Of a stretch of 51,828 bases of DNA, positions 1 through 8,956 are shown one piece after another (positions within the stretch are counted from its first letter, which is position 1; the number at the start of each line of letters is the position of its first letter). This DNA comes from Candidatus Gottesmanbacteria bacterium RIFCSPLOWO2_01_FULL_43_11b. GTDB taxonomy: Bacteria; Patescibacteriota; Microgenomatia; UBA10105; UBA927. A model generated the notes under the pieces. It was not told where the DNA came from, did no database searches, and saw nothing but the letters and a program-made list of their open reading frames with translations. The DNA is taken from the NCBI GenBank assembly GCA_001780985.1, contig MFJV01000001.1, positions 103,466-155,293 of the forward strand, given 5' to 3'. A program made the position numbers and the translations under genes.

Positions 1-1
1 A

Positions 2-553
2 AAAATTCTCAATACCGAGAGGGCGCGTTTAGATAAAATAATTGAATTTGAAGAACTCAAAGCCCTTGTTATTGCGTTAGGTATGGGGATTGCTGACAGC
101 CTTAATCCTGAAAAACTCCGCTACCACAGAGTTATTATTATGACCGATGCTGACGTTGACGGAGAGCACATTATGACGCTGCTTCTCACCTTCTTCTTTC
201 GCCATATCCCGTACATTATAGAAAAGGGGCATCTCTACGTTGCCCAGCCGCCGCTGTATAAAATTACCTCAGGGAAACAGATTGCCTACGCTTACTCTGA
301 TGAAGAGCGCGACAAAGAACTCAAAACCATGAAAGGGGCCGCATCGATTCAACGGTACAAGGGTTTGGGAGAAATGAATCCGGATCAATTGTGGGAAACA
401 ACCATGAATCCGGCAAATCGGGTTTTGCGGCAAGTTAATATTGCTGATGCCGCAGTAGCAGATCACGTATTTAGTATGCTCATGGGTGATGAAGTGCCTC
501 CGCGGAAGCGCTTTATACAAACCCATGCGAAGTCAGCTACCTTAGATATATAA
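2..553 (+). CDS. gyrB: DNA gyrase subunit B, C-terminal part (5' end outside window)
   Basis: Frame is open from base 2 ([27 protein letters not shown] precedes the first M). Toprim/GyrB C-terminal motifs [41 protein letters not shown]. Stop TAA 551-553. Confidence 0.95.
   Translation, partial: KILNTERARLDKIIEFEELKALVIALGMGIADSLNPEKLRYHRVIIMTDADVDGEHIMTLLLTFFFRHIPYIIEKGHLYVAQPPLYKITSGKQIAYAYSDEERDKELKTMKGAASIQRYKGLGEMNPDQLWETTMNPANRVLRQVNIADAAVADHVFSMLMGDEVPPRKRFIQTHAKSATLDI
527..553 (+). repeat. Direct repeat copy 1: last 8 codons plus stop of gyrB (AKSATLDI*)
   Basis: gcgaagtcagctaccttagatatataa. Repeated at 640-666 with 4 mismatches, all at synonymous third-codon positions. Confidence 0.85.
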
Positions 554-675
554 TATTTGCATGCTGACGAAGTCCTACCAAAATCGCTCCGTGAGCCGCG
601 CTACGAATAGTAGGTAAGGCGAACGGTAAGATTGGGAGGGCCAAGTCGGCAACATTAGATATATAAAGGAGGAAT
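549..675 (+). promoter_or_regulatory. Possible promoter (TATAAT 549-554) and about 100-nt structured leader upstream of hppA
   Basis: TATAAT overlaps the gyrB stop. Potential helices: GCTGAC 563-568 / GTCGGC 645-650 (one G-U), CCTAC 574-578 / GTAGG 610-614, GCTC 586-589 / GAGC 593-596. Strong SD AAAGGAGG 665-672 before ATG 676. No family recognised. Confidence 0.3.
640..666 (+). repeat. Direct repeat copy 2 of the gyrB 3' end (untranslated copy, also reads AKSATLDI*)
   Basis: gccaagtcggcaacattagatatataa. Its frame opens only after TGA 592-594, so this is not a full gene. It abuts the hppA Shine-Dalgarno. Confidence 0.85.
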
Positions 676-2700
676 ATGGATATTCAACTCATTGCTCTCT
701 TTTCTGCACCGGCAACAGCCCTTTTGGCATTGGGGTATGGTTGGTATTTAAGCCGAAAAGTTTTAGCCCAACCGGAGGGGAGCGACAAACTTAAACAGAT
801 TGCTCTGGCGGTCCGTCAAGGAGCCATGGCATACCTCGGTAAACAATTCCGGCTCGTATCTGTCTTTATGGCTGCTTTAACCGTGCTTATTTGGTTCACT
901 CTCGGCAGTGGTATGGCAATCACTTTTTTGATCGGGGGGATTTTTAGCGCCATTATCGGCTATTTTGGCATGTGGATTGCCGTACGCGCCAACGTCCGTA
1001 CTGCCAATGCTGCCACCCGTGGTCTCAATCCGGCGCTATCTGTCTCATTCGGTGCAGGAACCGTCAACGGCATGCTTGTCGTGGGATTAGGACTTTTAGG
1101 AGTATCGCTAATTTACATGTGGAGCTATTTCAGTTTTATTAGTTTCGGCGCTGAAACTGTCGCCAAACACGCAACCGATGTCTTAGTCGGGTACGGATTT
1201 GGAGCCGCATTGCTGGCTCTTTTCATGCGTGTCGGTGGAGGAATATTCACGAAAGCCGCAGACGTTGGAGCGGATCTTGTCGGAAAAGTGGAAAAAGGAA
1301 TCCCCGAGGATGATCCGCGTAATCCGGCTACCATTGCCGATAATGTGGGGGATAACGTCGGAGATTGTGCCGGAATGGCCGCTGACGTTTTTGAATCATA
1401 TGCGCTCACTATTGTTGCTGCAATGATATTGGGCGGATCGTTATTTGGCTTGAAGGGTGTTGTTTTTCCGCTTTTAGCCCGTTCGGGTGCTATTCTCACA
1501 TCAATTTTAGGGTCGTTTTTCGTGAAGGCTAAAAATGACAGGGAAGATCCGTTCAAACCGCTCATGCGGGGATTCGTGATTTCAGCGGTAAGCGCCGTAT
1601 TAATCTTTTATGCCTTGGCTAATTATCTACTGGGTGAACCGAGAGCCGGCTACGCGGCCATCTCGGGAATTGTTGCTATGATTGCCCTCCTCTACGTTAC
1701 AAAATACTATACGGGACCCGGTGAAAAATCGATTGTAGGAATTGCGAAAGCGAGCCAAACCGGCGCAGGGACTAATTTAATTGCCGGTCTCGGATTTGGC
1801 ATGGAATCTACATTCATTTCAGTGTTAGTCGTCATTGGAGCGATTTTTGCAGGGTACAGTTTCTTAGGATTTTACGGAGTGTCGTTGGCTGGAATGGGAA
1901 TGCTGGCAACAACAGGAATCATTATGGCCCTTGATACGTTCGGGCCGATTGCCGATAACGCCCAGGGTATGGTTGAAATGGCGGGGCTCAAAGGCAAGGC
2001 AGCGCAGGTGACCGCGAGATTGGATGCTGTAGGAAACACGACCAAAGCCCTCACGAAAGGCTTTGCTGTCGGGTCTGCTGCGGTTGCCGCAAGCAGCTTG
2101 TTTGCGACATACTTTGAAGCAACCGGGCTTGCTGCGATTGATATTGCCCATCCCAAAGTATTTATCGGACTATTATTGGGAAGTTCCTTACCATTTTTGT
2201 TTAGTTCACGGCTCATAAGTTCAGTCGGTCGTGCAGCTTTCCAGGTGGTCGAAGAAGTTCGCCGGCAATTTAAAACAATTAAAGGGATTATGGAAGGCAC
2301 GGCGTTACCTGACTACTCACGGGCAGTTGCGATCGTCACTGCAGCCGCACAGAAAGAATTAATCATTCCGGCAGCTATTGTGGTTGTGTTACCTATCCTT
2401 GCAGGGCTTTTAGGAGCCAGCGCCTTGGGCGGATTTTTAGGAGGTGTCGTTGCGAGCGGTTTGACCCTCGCATTTTTCATGTGCAACACGGGTGGGGCAT
2501 GGGATAACGCAAAAAAATATATTGAGGACGGTAACTTTGGCGGGAAAGGAAGCGACACTCATAAAGCTGCTGTTGTTGGTGACACCGTGGGTGATCCGCT
2601 CAAAGACACCGCGGGCCCTGCTTTAAACCCGATGATGAAAATTGTGCAAATAGTAGCGCTTTTAATTGCTCCGTTTGTTATTCAATTCATCGGAAAATAA
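676..2700 (+). CDS. hppA: Membrane-bound proton/sodium-translocating pyrophosphatase
   Basis: 674 aa, multi-pass membrane protein. Hallmark acidic motifs: [83 protein letters not shown]. Strong SD. Confidence 0.93.
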   Translation: MDIQLIALFSAPATALLALGYGWYLSRKVLAQPEGSDKLKQIALAVRQGAMAYLGKQFRLVSVFMAALTVLIWFTLGSGMAITFLIGGIFSAIIGYFGMWIAVRANVRTANAATRGLNPALSVSFGAGTVNGMLVVGLGLLGVSLIYMWSYFSFISFGAETVAKHATDVLVGYGFGAALLALFMRVGGGIFTKAADVGADLVGKVEKGIPEDDPRNPATIADNVGDNVGDCAGMAADVFESYALTIVAAMILGGSLFGLKGVVFPLLARSGAILTSILGSFFVKAKNDREDPFKPLMRGFVISAVSAVLIFYALANYLLGEPRAGYAAISGIVAMIALLYVTKYYTGPGEKSIVGIAKASQTGAGTNLIAGLGFGMESTFISVLVVIGAIFAGYSFLGFYGVSLAGMGMLATTGIIMALDTFGPIADNAQGMVEMAGLKGKAAQVTARLDAVGNTTKALTKGFAVGSAAVAASSLFATYFEATGLAAIDIAHPKVFIGLLLGSSLPFLFSSRLISSVGRAAFQVVEEVRRQFKTIKGIMEGTALPDYSRAVAIVTAAAQKELIIPAAIVVVLPILAGLLGASALGGFLGGVVASGLTLAFFMCNTGGAWDNAKKYIEDGNFGGKGSDTHKAAVVGDTVGDPLKDTAGPALNPMMKIVQIVALLIAPFVIQFIGK

Positions 2701-2709
2701 TAGGAACGC

Positions 2710-5193
2710 ATGAACATTGGTAAAGTTCTACAAAGTGAAATTACGACAGAAATGCAAAAGTCCTATTTGGACTATGCAATGAGTGTCATCGTGTCCCGTG
2801 CTCTTCCGGACGTTCGCGATGGCCTCAAACCCGTTCATAGAAGAATTCTTTATGCCATGCAGCAAATGGGTCTCTACCACACCGGCCGCTACACAAAGAG
2901 TGCAAAAGTTGTCGGAGAAGTTTTAGGAAAATTCCACCCGCATGGTGATGCTCCGGTCTACGAGGCATTAGTTCGCCTTGCCCAGGAATTTTCAATGCGG
3001 TACCGCCTTATAGACGGTCAGGGGAACTTCGGAAGTATTGATGGCGATCCACCTGCTGCCATGCGGTATACCGAGACAAGACTCTCCGCAATCGCTTTCG
3101 AAATGCTCCTCGATATTGAAAAAGAAACCGTTGATTTTGTCCCAAATTTTGACAACACGCTCAAAGAACCGACATTCCTTCCGGCAAAACTCCCGAACCT
3201 TCTTCTTATGGGTAGTGAGGGAATTGCTGTGGGTATGGCGACCAAAATTCCGCCCCATAATCTCACTGAAGTTATCGATGCAATTGTTTTCATGATCGGA
3301 AAAACAAAAATTGAAAAACAAACGAATCGATTTATTATTGACGTTTCCGTAGAAGATCTCATGGGAATTATTCAAGGCCCGGATTTTCCCACAGCAGGGG
3401 CAATCTATGACATGAATGAAATAAAAGCTGCCTATAGCAGCGGGCGGGGAAAAATAGTCATCCGCGGTAAAGCTGAAATTGAAGAAATTGGGCAGGGAAA
3501 GAGTGCAATTATCATCACCCAACTCCCGTACCAGGTAAATAAAGCTAATTTGGTTGCCAAAATTGCCGACTTGGTTAAAGACAAAAAAGTCGAAGGAATC
3601 TCGGATTTACGCGATGAGTCAGATAGACGGGGAATACGCGTTGTTATTGAACTCAAACGCGATGCGCAACCAAATCGGGTGCTCAATAACATTTATAAGC
3701 ACACGGAGCTCCAAACAACGTTCCCTGTAAATATGGTTGCTTTAGTCAACGGAACGCCGCAAACAATGACACTCAAAGCAGTTCTTGAAGAATATCTCAA
3801 ACACCGCCACAAAGTAATTTTCAAAAGAAGTGAATTTGAACTTCGTGCCGCAAAAGCCCGGGAACATATTTTAGAAGGGCTCATGATTGCCGTCCGGCAT
3901 ATCGATGAGGTAATTTCCATTATTAAACGAAGCCGCGATGCAGACGAGGCGAAAAACAAACTCATGAGTCGGTTTAAGCTGACGGATCTTCAGGCAACGG
4001 CAATTTTAGACATGCAACTTCGTCGACTTGCTGCTTTGGAACGCCAAAAAATTGAAGATGAACTTGCAATGATTCGGGAAACAATTGAATATCTCGAGGA
4101 TCTGCTTGGGCATCCTGAAAAGATTTTGAAAGTCATTAAAGAAGAACTTGCCAAACTGAAAGATCGCTATGGCGACGAGAGGAAAACACGGGTATTTAAG
4201 AGTAGAGTCGGTGAGTTTAGCGACGAACAGCTCATTCCCAATGAAGATGTGCTTATTACCATGAGCCAATCCGGCTATATAAAAAGGTTACCAAAAACAA
4301 CATTTAAAACTCAGGAGCGCGGAGGAAAAGGGGTTATCGGGATGACGGCTAAGGAAGAAGATACAATCGACCGCGTCGTATCAGCCCAAACACACGACAA
4401 CATGCTCTTTTTCACAGACCGCGGTAAAGTCTACCAAGTCCGTGTCTGGGATATTCCTGAAGCTAGTCGACAATCGAAAGGTCAAGCGGTTGTTAATCTT
4501 ATAAATATCGAATCAAGCGAGCGTGTTACTTCTGTCCTTTCATATAGTTTGAAGAGAACTGAACAAAAGGAGCAGGGTCAGTCATTTATAGTCATGGCGA
4601 CTAAAAAGGGAACGGTGAAAAAAACCAGACTGTCTGAATACGAGAATATTCGAAGAAGTGGATTAGTGGCTATTAAATTAGAGAAGGGCGATGAATTATC
4701 ATGGGTACGGATTACCTCGGGAAGTGATCAGGTTCTCATGGCCACCCATGAGGGGAAATCAATTCGATTTTCAGAATCTGAAGTCCGTGCAACCGGCAGG
4801 GATACCATGGGGGTTCGTGGGATTATGACGAAGGGGTCTGATTATTTGGTAAGTATGGATGTAATAAACTCCGAAACAAAAAAGGCTGATTTTCTTACCA
4901 TTATGGAAAAAGGGAAGGGGAAAAAGACAGCGGTAACTGACTTTCCGAAACAGAAAAGGGGAGGGCAGGGAATAAAAGTTGCTCAAATTAGTCCAAAAAC
5001 CGGCAAAATCGTCGTGTCACAGCTGGTTCCTATTGACACTGAGTCTGTGATTATCACATCTACCAAAGGTCAGGTCGTCAAACTCTTAATTAAACAAATT
5101 CCCAGATTGGGCAGAGCCACCAGTGGTGTCTTTCTCATGCGATTTAGCGACAAATCTGATACAATCGGCTCCGCCACCTGCCTGACAAAATAA
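2710..5193 (+). CDS. gyrA: DNA gyrase subunit A
   Basis: 827 aa. [36 protein letters not shown], active-site AAMRYTE, C-terminal beta-pinwheel repeats. Starts 9 nt after the hppA stop. Confidence 0.97.
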   Translation: MNIGKVLQSEITTEMQKSYLDYAMSVIVSRALPDVRDGLKPVHRRILYAMQQMGLYHTGRYTKSAKVVGEVLGKFHPHGDAPVYEALVRLAQEFSMRYRLIDGQGNFGSIDGDPPAAMRYTETRLSAIAFEMLLDIEKETVDFVPNFDNTLKEPTFLPAKLPNLLLMGSEGIAVGMATKIPPHNLTEVIDAIVFMIGKTKIEKQTNRFIIDVSVEDLMGIIQGPDFPTAGAIYDMNEIKAAYSSGRGKIVIRGKAEIEEIGQGKSAIIITQLPYQVNKANLVAKIADLVKDKKVEGISDLRDESDRRGIRVVIELKRDAQPNRVLNNIYKHTELQTTFPVNMVALVNGTPQTMTLKAVLEEYLKHRHKVIFKRSEFELRAAKAREHILEGLMIAVRHIDEVISIIKRSRDADEAKNKLMSRFKLTDLQATAILDMQLRRLAALERQKIEDELAMIRETIEYLEDLLGHPEKILKVIKEELAKLKDRYGDERKTRVFKSRVGEFSDEQLIPNEDVLITMSQSGYIKRLPKTTFKTQERGGKGVIGMTAKEEDTIDRVVSAQTHDNMLFFTDRGKVYQVRVWDIPEASRQSKGQAVVNLINIESSERVTSVLSYSLKRTEQKEQGQSFIVMATKKGTVKKTRLSEYENIRRSGLVAIKLEKGDELSWVRITSGSDQVLMATHEGKSIRFSESEVRATGRDTMGVRGIMTKGSDYLVSMDVINSETKKADFLTIMEKGKGKKTAVTDFPKQKRGGQGIKVAQISPKTGKIVVSQLVPIDTESVIITSTKGQVVKLLIKQIPRLGRATSGVFLMRFSDKSDTIGSATCLTK

Positions 5194-5269
5194 TCTCCCC
5201 TACGAGGAGACTCCTTGAAGGGAAAATTTTGCATCGCGACGGGCTTTTTGCTATATTTCTCTTCATGCT

Positions 5270-5533
5270 ATGGAAAAAGATAATTCCAGAATCGAAATAA
5301 CACCGATACACCCGTTTACAAGACGCCAAGCGGAACTCATTGTTACTGCAGTAAATCACAGAGTAAGTCATCGTTCGTTATCTCAACGCTTTGGTATATC
5401 TACAGGAACTGTTAGAACCCACGTAACTGAAATATTGGGTATTATTGAAAGTATTACCAACCACCGGCCGGTTCATTTGAAAGGGGCGATAAACGTGATG
5501 ATGGGGGATGTCCTCTTCCTCCGAAAAAAATAA
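5270..5533 (+). CDS. Small helix-turn-helix protein, LuxR/GerE-like
   Basis: 87 aa. FTRRQAELIV...SLSQRFGISTGTVRTHVTEILG fits the LuxR C-terminal HTH pattern. TGCTATATT box at 5249-5257. Confidence 0.5.
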   Translation: MEKDNSRIEITPIHPFTRRQAELIVTAVNHRVSHRSLSQRFGISTGTVRTHVTEILGIIESITNHRPVHLKGAINVMMGDVLFLRKK

Positions 5534-5550
5534 TACAACAACTCTTCTCA

Positions 5551-5559
5551 TGCTATACT
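5551..5559 (+). promoter_or_regulatory. Extended -10 box TGCTATACT, 6 nt upstream of folD ATG (leaderless arrangement)
   Basis: tgctatact then ttaccc then ATG 5566. No SD. Confidence 0.55.
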
Positions 5560-5565
5560 TTACCC

Positions 5566-6321
5566 ATGAGAATCGATGGAAAAGCAATTGCTGAACGGAT
5601 ATTAAACGATCTTGCCAAAGAAATAGCCACGCGTAAACTACAACCTACACTTGCAGTTATCCTTGTCGGTGATAATCCGGCGTCACTTGCTTACATCAAA
5701 CAAAAACAAAAAGCGGCGGAAAGAATTGGCGCAAAAATTATCCTAAGTAATGACATATCAGATACAAAAAAATTCAACGACGACCCTTCGATTCACGGAC
5801 TTATCATTCAGCGTCCTTTGCCAAAAAATCTTAATGATATCCCCCCGGTAAAACTCACCAAAGACGTCGACGGTTTTGAAAAAAACTCTCCGTTTACTGT
5901 TCCCGTCGTCTTGGCTGTACAAACAATTTTAAAAGAAATCGGCACAGATATTGCAAACAAGCATATTGTTGTTATCGGAAGGGGTGAGACAGCGGGAGGA
6001 CCCATTGCGCAATATTTTAAAACTTCCCGAGTTGTTCATTCAGAGACACCAAATCCCAAAGAAATCATACGAGAGGGGGATATTATTGTAAGCTGTGTCG
6101 GGAAAGAGAGGGTTGTGACAAAAGACATGCTCAAACCCGGGGTGGTTCTTATCGGCGTTGGTATTTGGCGTGATAGTGAAGGCAAGCTACGGGGAGATTA
6201 TGATGAGGAAGAAATAAAAGACATTGCATCGTTTTATACACCAACTCCGGGTGGTGTGGGCCCTGTTAATGTTGCCTGCCTTATGCAAAATCTTGTCAAA
6301 GCTTGTACAATAAATGTATGA
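5566..6321 (+). CDS. folD: Bifunctional methylenetetrahydrofolate dehydrogenase/cyclohydrolase
   Basis: 251 aa. MRIDGKAIAERI...LAVILVGDNPASLAYIKQKQKAAERIGA, VVIGRGETAGGPIA, TPTPGGVGPVNVACLMQN. Stop TGA. Confidence 0.9.
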   Translation: MRIDGKAIAERILNDLAKEIATRKLQPTLAVILVGDNPASLAYIKQKQKAAERIGAKIILSNDISDTKKFNDDPSIHGLIIQRPLPKNLNDIPPVKLTKDVDGFEKNSPFTVPVVLAVQTILKEIGTDIANKHIVVIGRGETAGGPIAQYFKTSRVVHSETPNPKEIIREGDIIVSCVGKERVVTKDMLKPGVVLIGVGIWRDSEGKLRGDYDEEEIKDIASFYTPTPGGVGPVNVACLMQNLVKACTINV

Positions 6322-7049
6322 AATCCTCTGCACCGACACTTGTACTTTTCTTTCTCCTTCTTTTTGCCTATACAAAACTGGTTGGTCCGATTCCTTTCTC
6401 CGTAACGAGTGTCACGACGACTAAAACTGACACTTTTAGCGTCACTGGTAGCGGCAAAATGACAGTTGTCCCTGATATTGCCGTTATTAATGTCGGTGTA
6501 ACAAGTCGGGGAGCAACAGTCAAAGCCGCCCAGCAGCAGCTCAATAGCAAGATAAACGCAATCTCCGATGCGATTAAAAAACTTGGAGTAAGTGAAAAAG
6601 ACATTCAAACAAGTAACTATTCTATTTATCCAAATTACGACTTCCAGACAGGAGGTCAGAGAGTGTCTGGTTACCAGGCAAGTTCCAATCTCACCGTCAA
6701 AATTCGTGATATTGAAAAAGCTAATAGCGTCATCGACGCGGCAACGGCAGCTGGAGCAAACCAGGTAAGCGGGGTATCATTCGATGTCGACGACAAAACA
6801 AAGGCTGAAAATGAAGCGCGCGAAAAGGCAGTCACAGAAGCTCGAAAAAAGGCTACTGATGCAGCCCGCATCGCAGGATTCAAACTCGGTCGTGTCATCA
6901 ACTACTCTGAATCTTTTGGCGGGGAACCCAGACCAATTCCTCTAATGGAGAAGGCGGTGGGCGCTCCTGATGACTCTGTTACTACCCAGGTTGAACCAGG
7001 CACAAATGAGGTTGTTGTCACTGTCACCCTTAGCTTCGAAATCCAATAG
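6318..7049 (+). CDS. SIMPL/DUF541-family secreted protein (BP26-like)
   Basis: Signal peptide, then VTGSGKMTVVPDIAVINVGV...AQQQLNSKINAISDAIKKLGVSEKDIQTSNYSIYP. ATG 6318 overlaps the folD stop (ATGA). The track start at 6303 is TTG. Confidence 0.8.
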   Translation: MKSSAPTLVLFFLLLFAYTKLVGPIPFSVTSVTTTKTDTFSVTGSGKMTVVPDIAVINVGVTSRGATVKAAQQQLNSKINAISDAIKKLGVSEKDIQTSNYSIYPNYDFQTGGQRVSGYQASSNLTVKIRDIEKANSVIDAATAAGANQVSGVSFDVDDKTKAENEAREKAVTEARKKATDAARIAGFKLGRVINYSESFGGEPRPIPLMEKAVGAPDDSVTTQVEPGTNEVVVTVTLSFEIQ

Positions 7050-7102
7050 ATTACTACAGGTCTTGAACTCTCCATACGGGACTTCTACAATGGGTCTCCA
7101 CC

Positions 7103-7705
7103 ATGGGAAGAACCAATGTTTTACCAATGTATCAACCGACCGACGATCCGGCCTGCGGTCCATCGGCATTAAAACATGCTCTCGCAGTTTTAGGAAAGAG
7201 AAAATCGCTTGAAACTCTTAAAGAAATTTGTCGTGTTACACGAAATGGGACTTCGACAAAAAGCATGATTCGTGCAGTGAATAAATTAGGTTTATCTGCT
7301 CTTGTCGTAAAATCAGCTACCCTTCATCATCTTCATTCAGCGCTTCATTACGGGCCAAATAACGTACGTGCGGTTATGGTAAGTTACCTCTATGATCTTG
7401 ATGAAAATAAAAAACCAATATCGGATTCAGGGCACTGGGCAACGGTTTCAGGATACTTATCGAGTAAGAGTAGAATCGTGCTTTTTGATAGCACCAAAGG
7501 ACAAAAAATTTCATACCCATGGGGACAATTTAGAAGACGATGGAATGATTATGATTTAAAAAGGAGAAGGGCAGGAAGGAGATATAAGATTGTGCGACAT
7601 TGGCAACCTCAGCTTATGATGATAGTTGCCAAGAATGTTGATCACCTTCCTCGTTTTCGTACTAGCTTTGCGAGGCTCTATGAAACTTCTCGTGGATTTG
7701 TTTAA
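7103..7705 (+). CDS. Papain-like / peptidase C39-like cysteine protease domain protein
   Basis: YQPTDDPACGPSALKHALAVLG (Q..CG motif), downstream GHWATV (His), basic C-terminus. No adjacent ABC transporter. Confidence 0.55.
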   Translation: MGRTNVLPMYQPTDDPACGPSALKHALAVLGKRKSLETLKEICRVTRNGTSTKSMIRAVNKLGLSALVVKSATLHHLHSALHYGPNNVRAVMVSYLYDLDENKKPISDSGHWATVSGYLSSKSRIVLFDSTKGQKISYPWGQFRRRWNDYDLKRRRAGRRYKIVRHWQPQLMMIVAKNVDHLPRFRTSFARLYETSRGFV

Positions 7706-8591
7706 GTTGCGGATTGGTTATGTGCGTATAGACCTGGGTCGTTGAAACGTTTTTGTGACCTAAAAGCTCCTGAATTGCCCGTAAATCCGCACCTCCTCCC
7801 AATAGATCCGTTGCAAAACTGTGACGGAGTCCATGCGGAGTGATTTTTATCGGTAGTCTTGCTTTTTTAACGTATTTTTCGACCAGCCGCTGCACGCTTC
7901 GTGCACTAAGACGTAATGTTTCACTTTTTTTGCCTGAGTAGCGAATAAATAATGCTTTATCCTGATCGGTTCGTTCATTGAGGTATTGCTGCAGCCAATC
8001 AGCAGCTTTTTGGGACAAGAATACGATACGGGGGCGTCTCCCTTTCCCAATGACACCAAATTCCCGCCGTTTAAAATTTATTTGATCGCGATTCAGATTT
8101 ACCAGTTCTGATACCCGAAGTCCTGTGGAAAACAGTACTTCCAAAATTGCTTTATCACGGCGGGTTTCGGGCATATTTAATAGTTGATCAATTTGTTCCC
8201 GGCTAAGAAATTTAATGCTGTGGCTTTCCGCTTTCCCAAGTTCAATTGTCTCAGGAGCTAGTGCTTTTTGACCTTTTCGAGCTAAAAACTTAAGAAAGCT
8301 CCTTAGTGCAATAAGGTGATAATTCTGGGTAATCCGCTTCAACGTAAGGTTATTTTCATCGGTAAAACGCGATAAATATAATCTGTATTGACGCACTTTT
8401 TCAGGGGTAATATCTGAAAGAGTAGGGAAGGCCTGCCCACCGTAGCCTTGGCGAAGGTGGGCCAAAAATCGGTTTAAATAGTGCCTGTAGTTACGAATTG
8501 TCAATTTAGAAACATTTTTCTCAATTTCAAGATATTCTAGGAAATCTTTAATAAGCTGTTGAAGTTGCATAAATTTACCTGCTACAATCAT
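7662..8591 (-). CDS. xerC: Tyrosine site-specific recombinase, XerC/XerD family
   Basis: 309 aa. N-terminal SAM-like FLEYLEIEKNVSKLTIRNYRHYLNRF. Catalytic region LRVSEL...HGLRHSFATDLLGGGADLRAIQELLGHKNVSTTQVYTH. An alternative start is ATG 8570. Confidence 0.9.
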   Translation of the reverse strand: MIVAGKFMQLQQLIKDFLEYLEIEKNVSKLTIRNYRHYLNRFLAHLRQGYGGQAFPTLSDITPEKVRQYRLYLSRFTDENNLTLKRITQNYHLIALRSFLKFLARKGQKALAPETIELGKAESHSIKFLSREQIDQLLNMPETRRDKAILEVLFSTGLRVSELVNLNRDQINFKRREFGVIGKGRRPRIVFLSQKAADWLQQYLNERTDQDKALFIRYSGKKSETLRLSARSVQRLVEKYVKKARLPIKITPHGLRHSFATDLLGGGADLRAIQELLGHKNVSTTQVYTHITNPQLKQIHEKFHRASQS

Positions 8592-8646
8592 GATTGTACG
8601 ACGTTAAGCTTTTGTCAAGTTTTTGTATTATAGCTTGTAGACAGCC

Positions 8647-8673
8647 AAAAAAGAATTTCATGAATTTGTTTTT
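8647..8673. repeat. 27-bp A/T-rich imperfect palindrome upstream of xer
   Basis: AAAAAAGAATTT-CATG-AATTTGTTTTT. 11-bp arms with 2 mismatches around CATG. Confidence 0.5.
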
Positions 8674-8719
8674 AATTTGAAAAAGTGCTATATTCGCCCA
8701 ATAGTTAGAAAAACAAACT

Positions 8720-8956
8720 ATGACTACATCAAGAATTAGTAAACTTACACAGCTTGCAACCAGTGACAATAGCATCAATGTTGCAAAATTTCTAGAACGA
8801 GTGGACCCATACATTAAATCTCAATCCTCCTTGTTATTTAAGCACCAGGAGGGATCAAAACCATTTGAACAGATAAAATCAGGCTTAGAAAGAGCAAAAA
8901 GTCTCATTCCAGAGGCCCGACGACGATTGGGGCTAAAGCCAGAAGCTGGATTTTAA
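8720..8956 (+). CDS. Hypothetical small protein
   Basis: 78-aa ORF. TGCTATATT box at 8686-8694. Weak hairpin plus T-run at 8968-8990 after the stop. No recognisable domain. Confidence 0.3.
   Translation: MTTSRISKLTQLATSDNSINVAKFLERVDPYIKSQSSLLFKHQEGSKPFEQIKSGLERAKSLIPEARRRLGLKPEAGF

Noticed and set aside
1125-5371. Numerous 60-176-aa ORFs antisense or out of frame within hppA and gyrA (e.g. 1125-1565 -, 1872-2300 -, 2992-3522 -, 3018-3362 -, 4006-4269 -).
   Set aside because: They lie entirely inside strongly supported conserved genes. They have low-complexity or odd composition, no start signals and no recognisable motifs. These are shadow ORFs.
7662-8591. The tyrosine recombinase as a phage or ICE integrase marking a mobile element.
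   Set aside because: Its length, N-terminal SAM-like domain and catalytic region look like housekeeping XerC/D. There is no adjacent tRNA, no excisionase and no phage genes. The nearest tRNA is 10 kb away.
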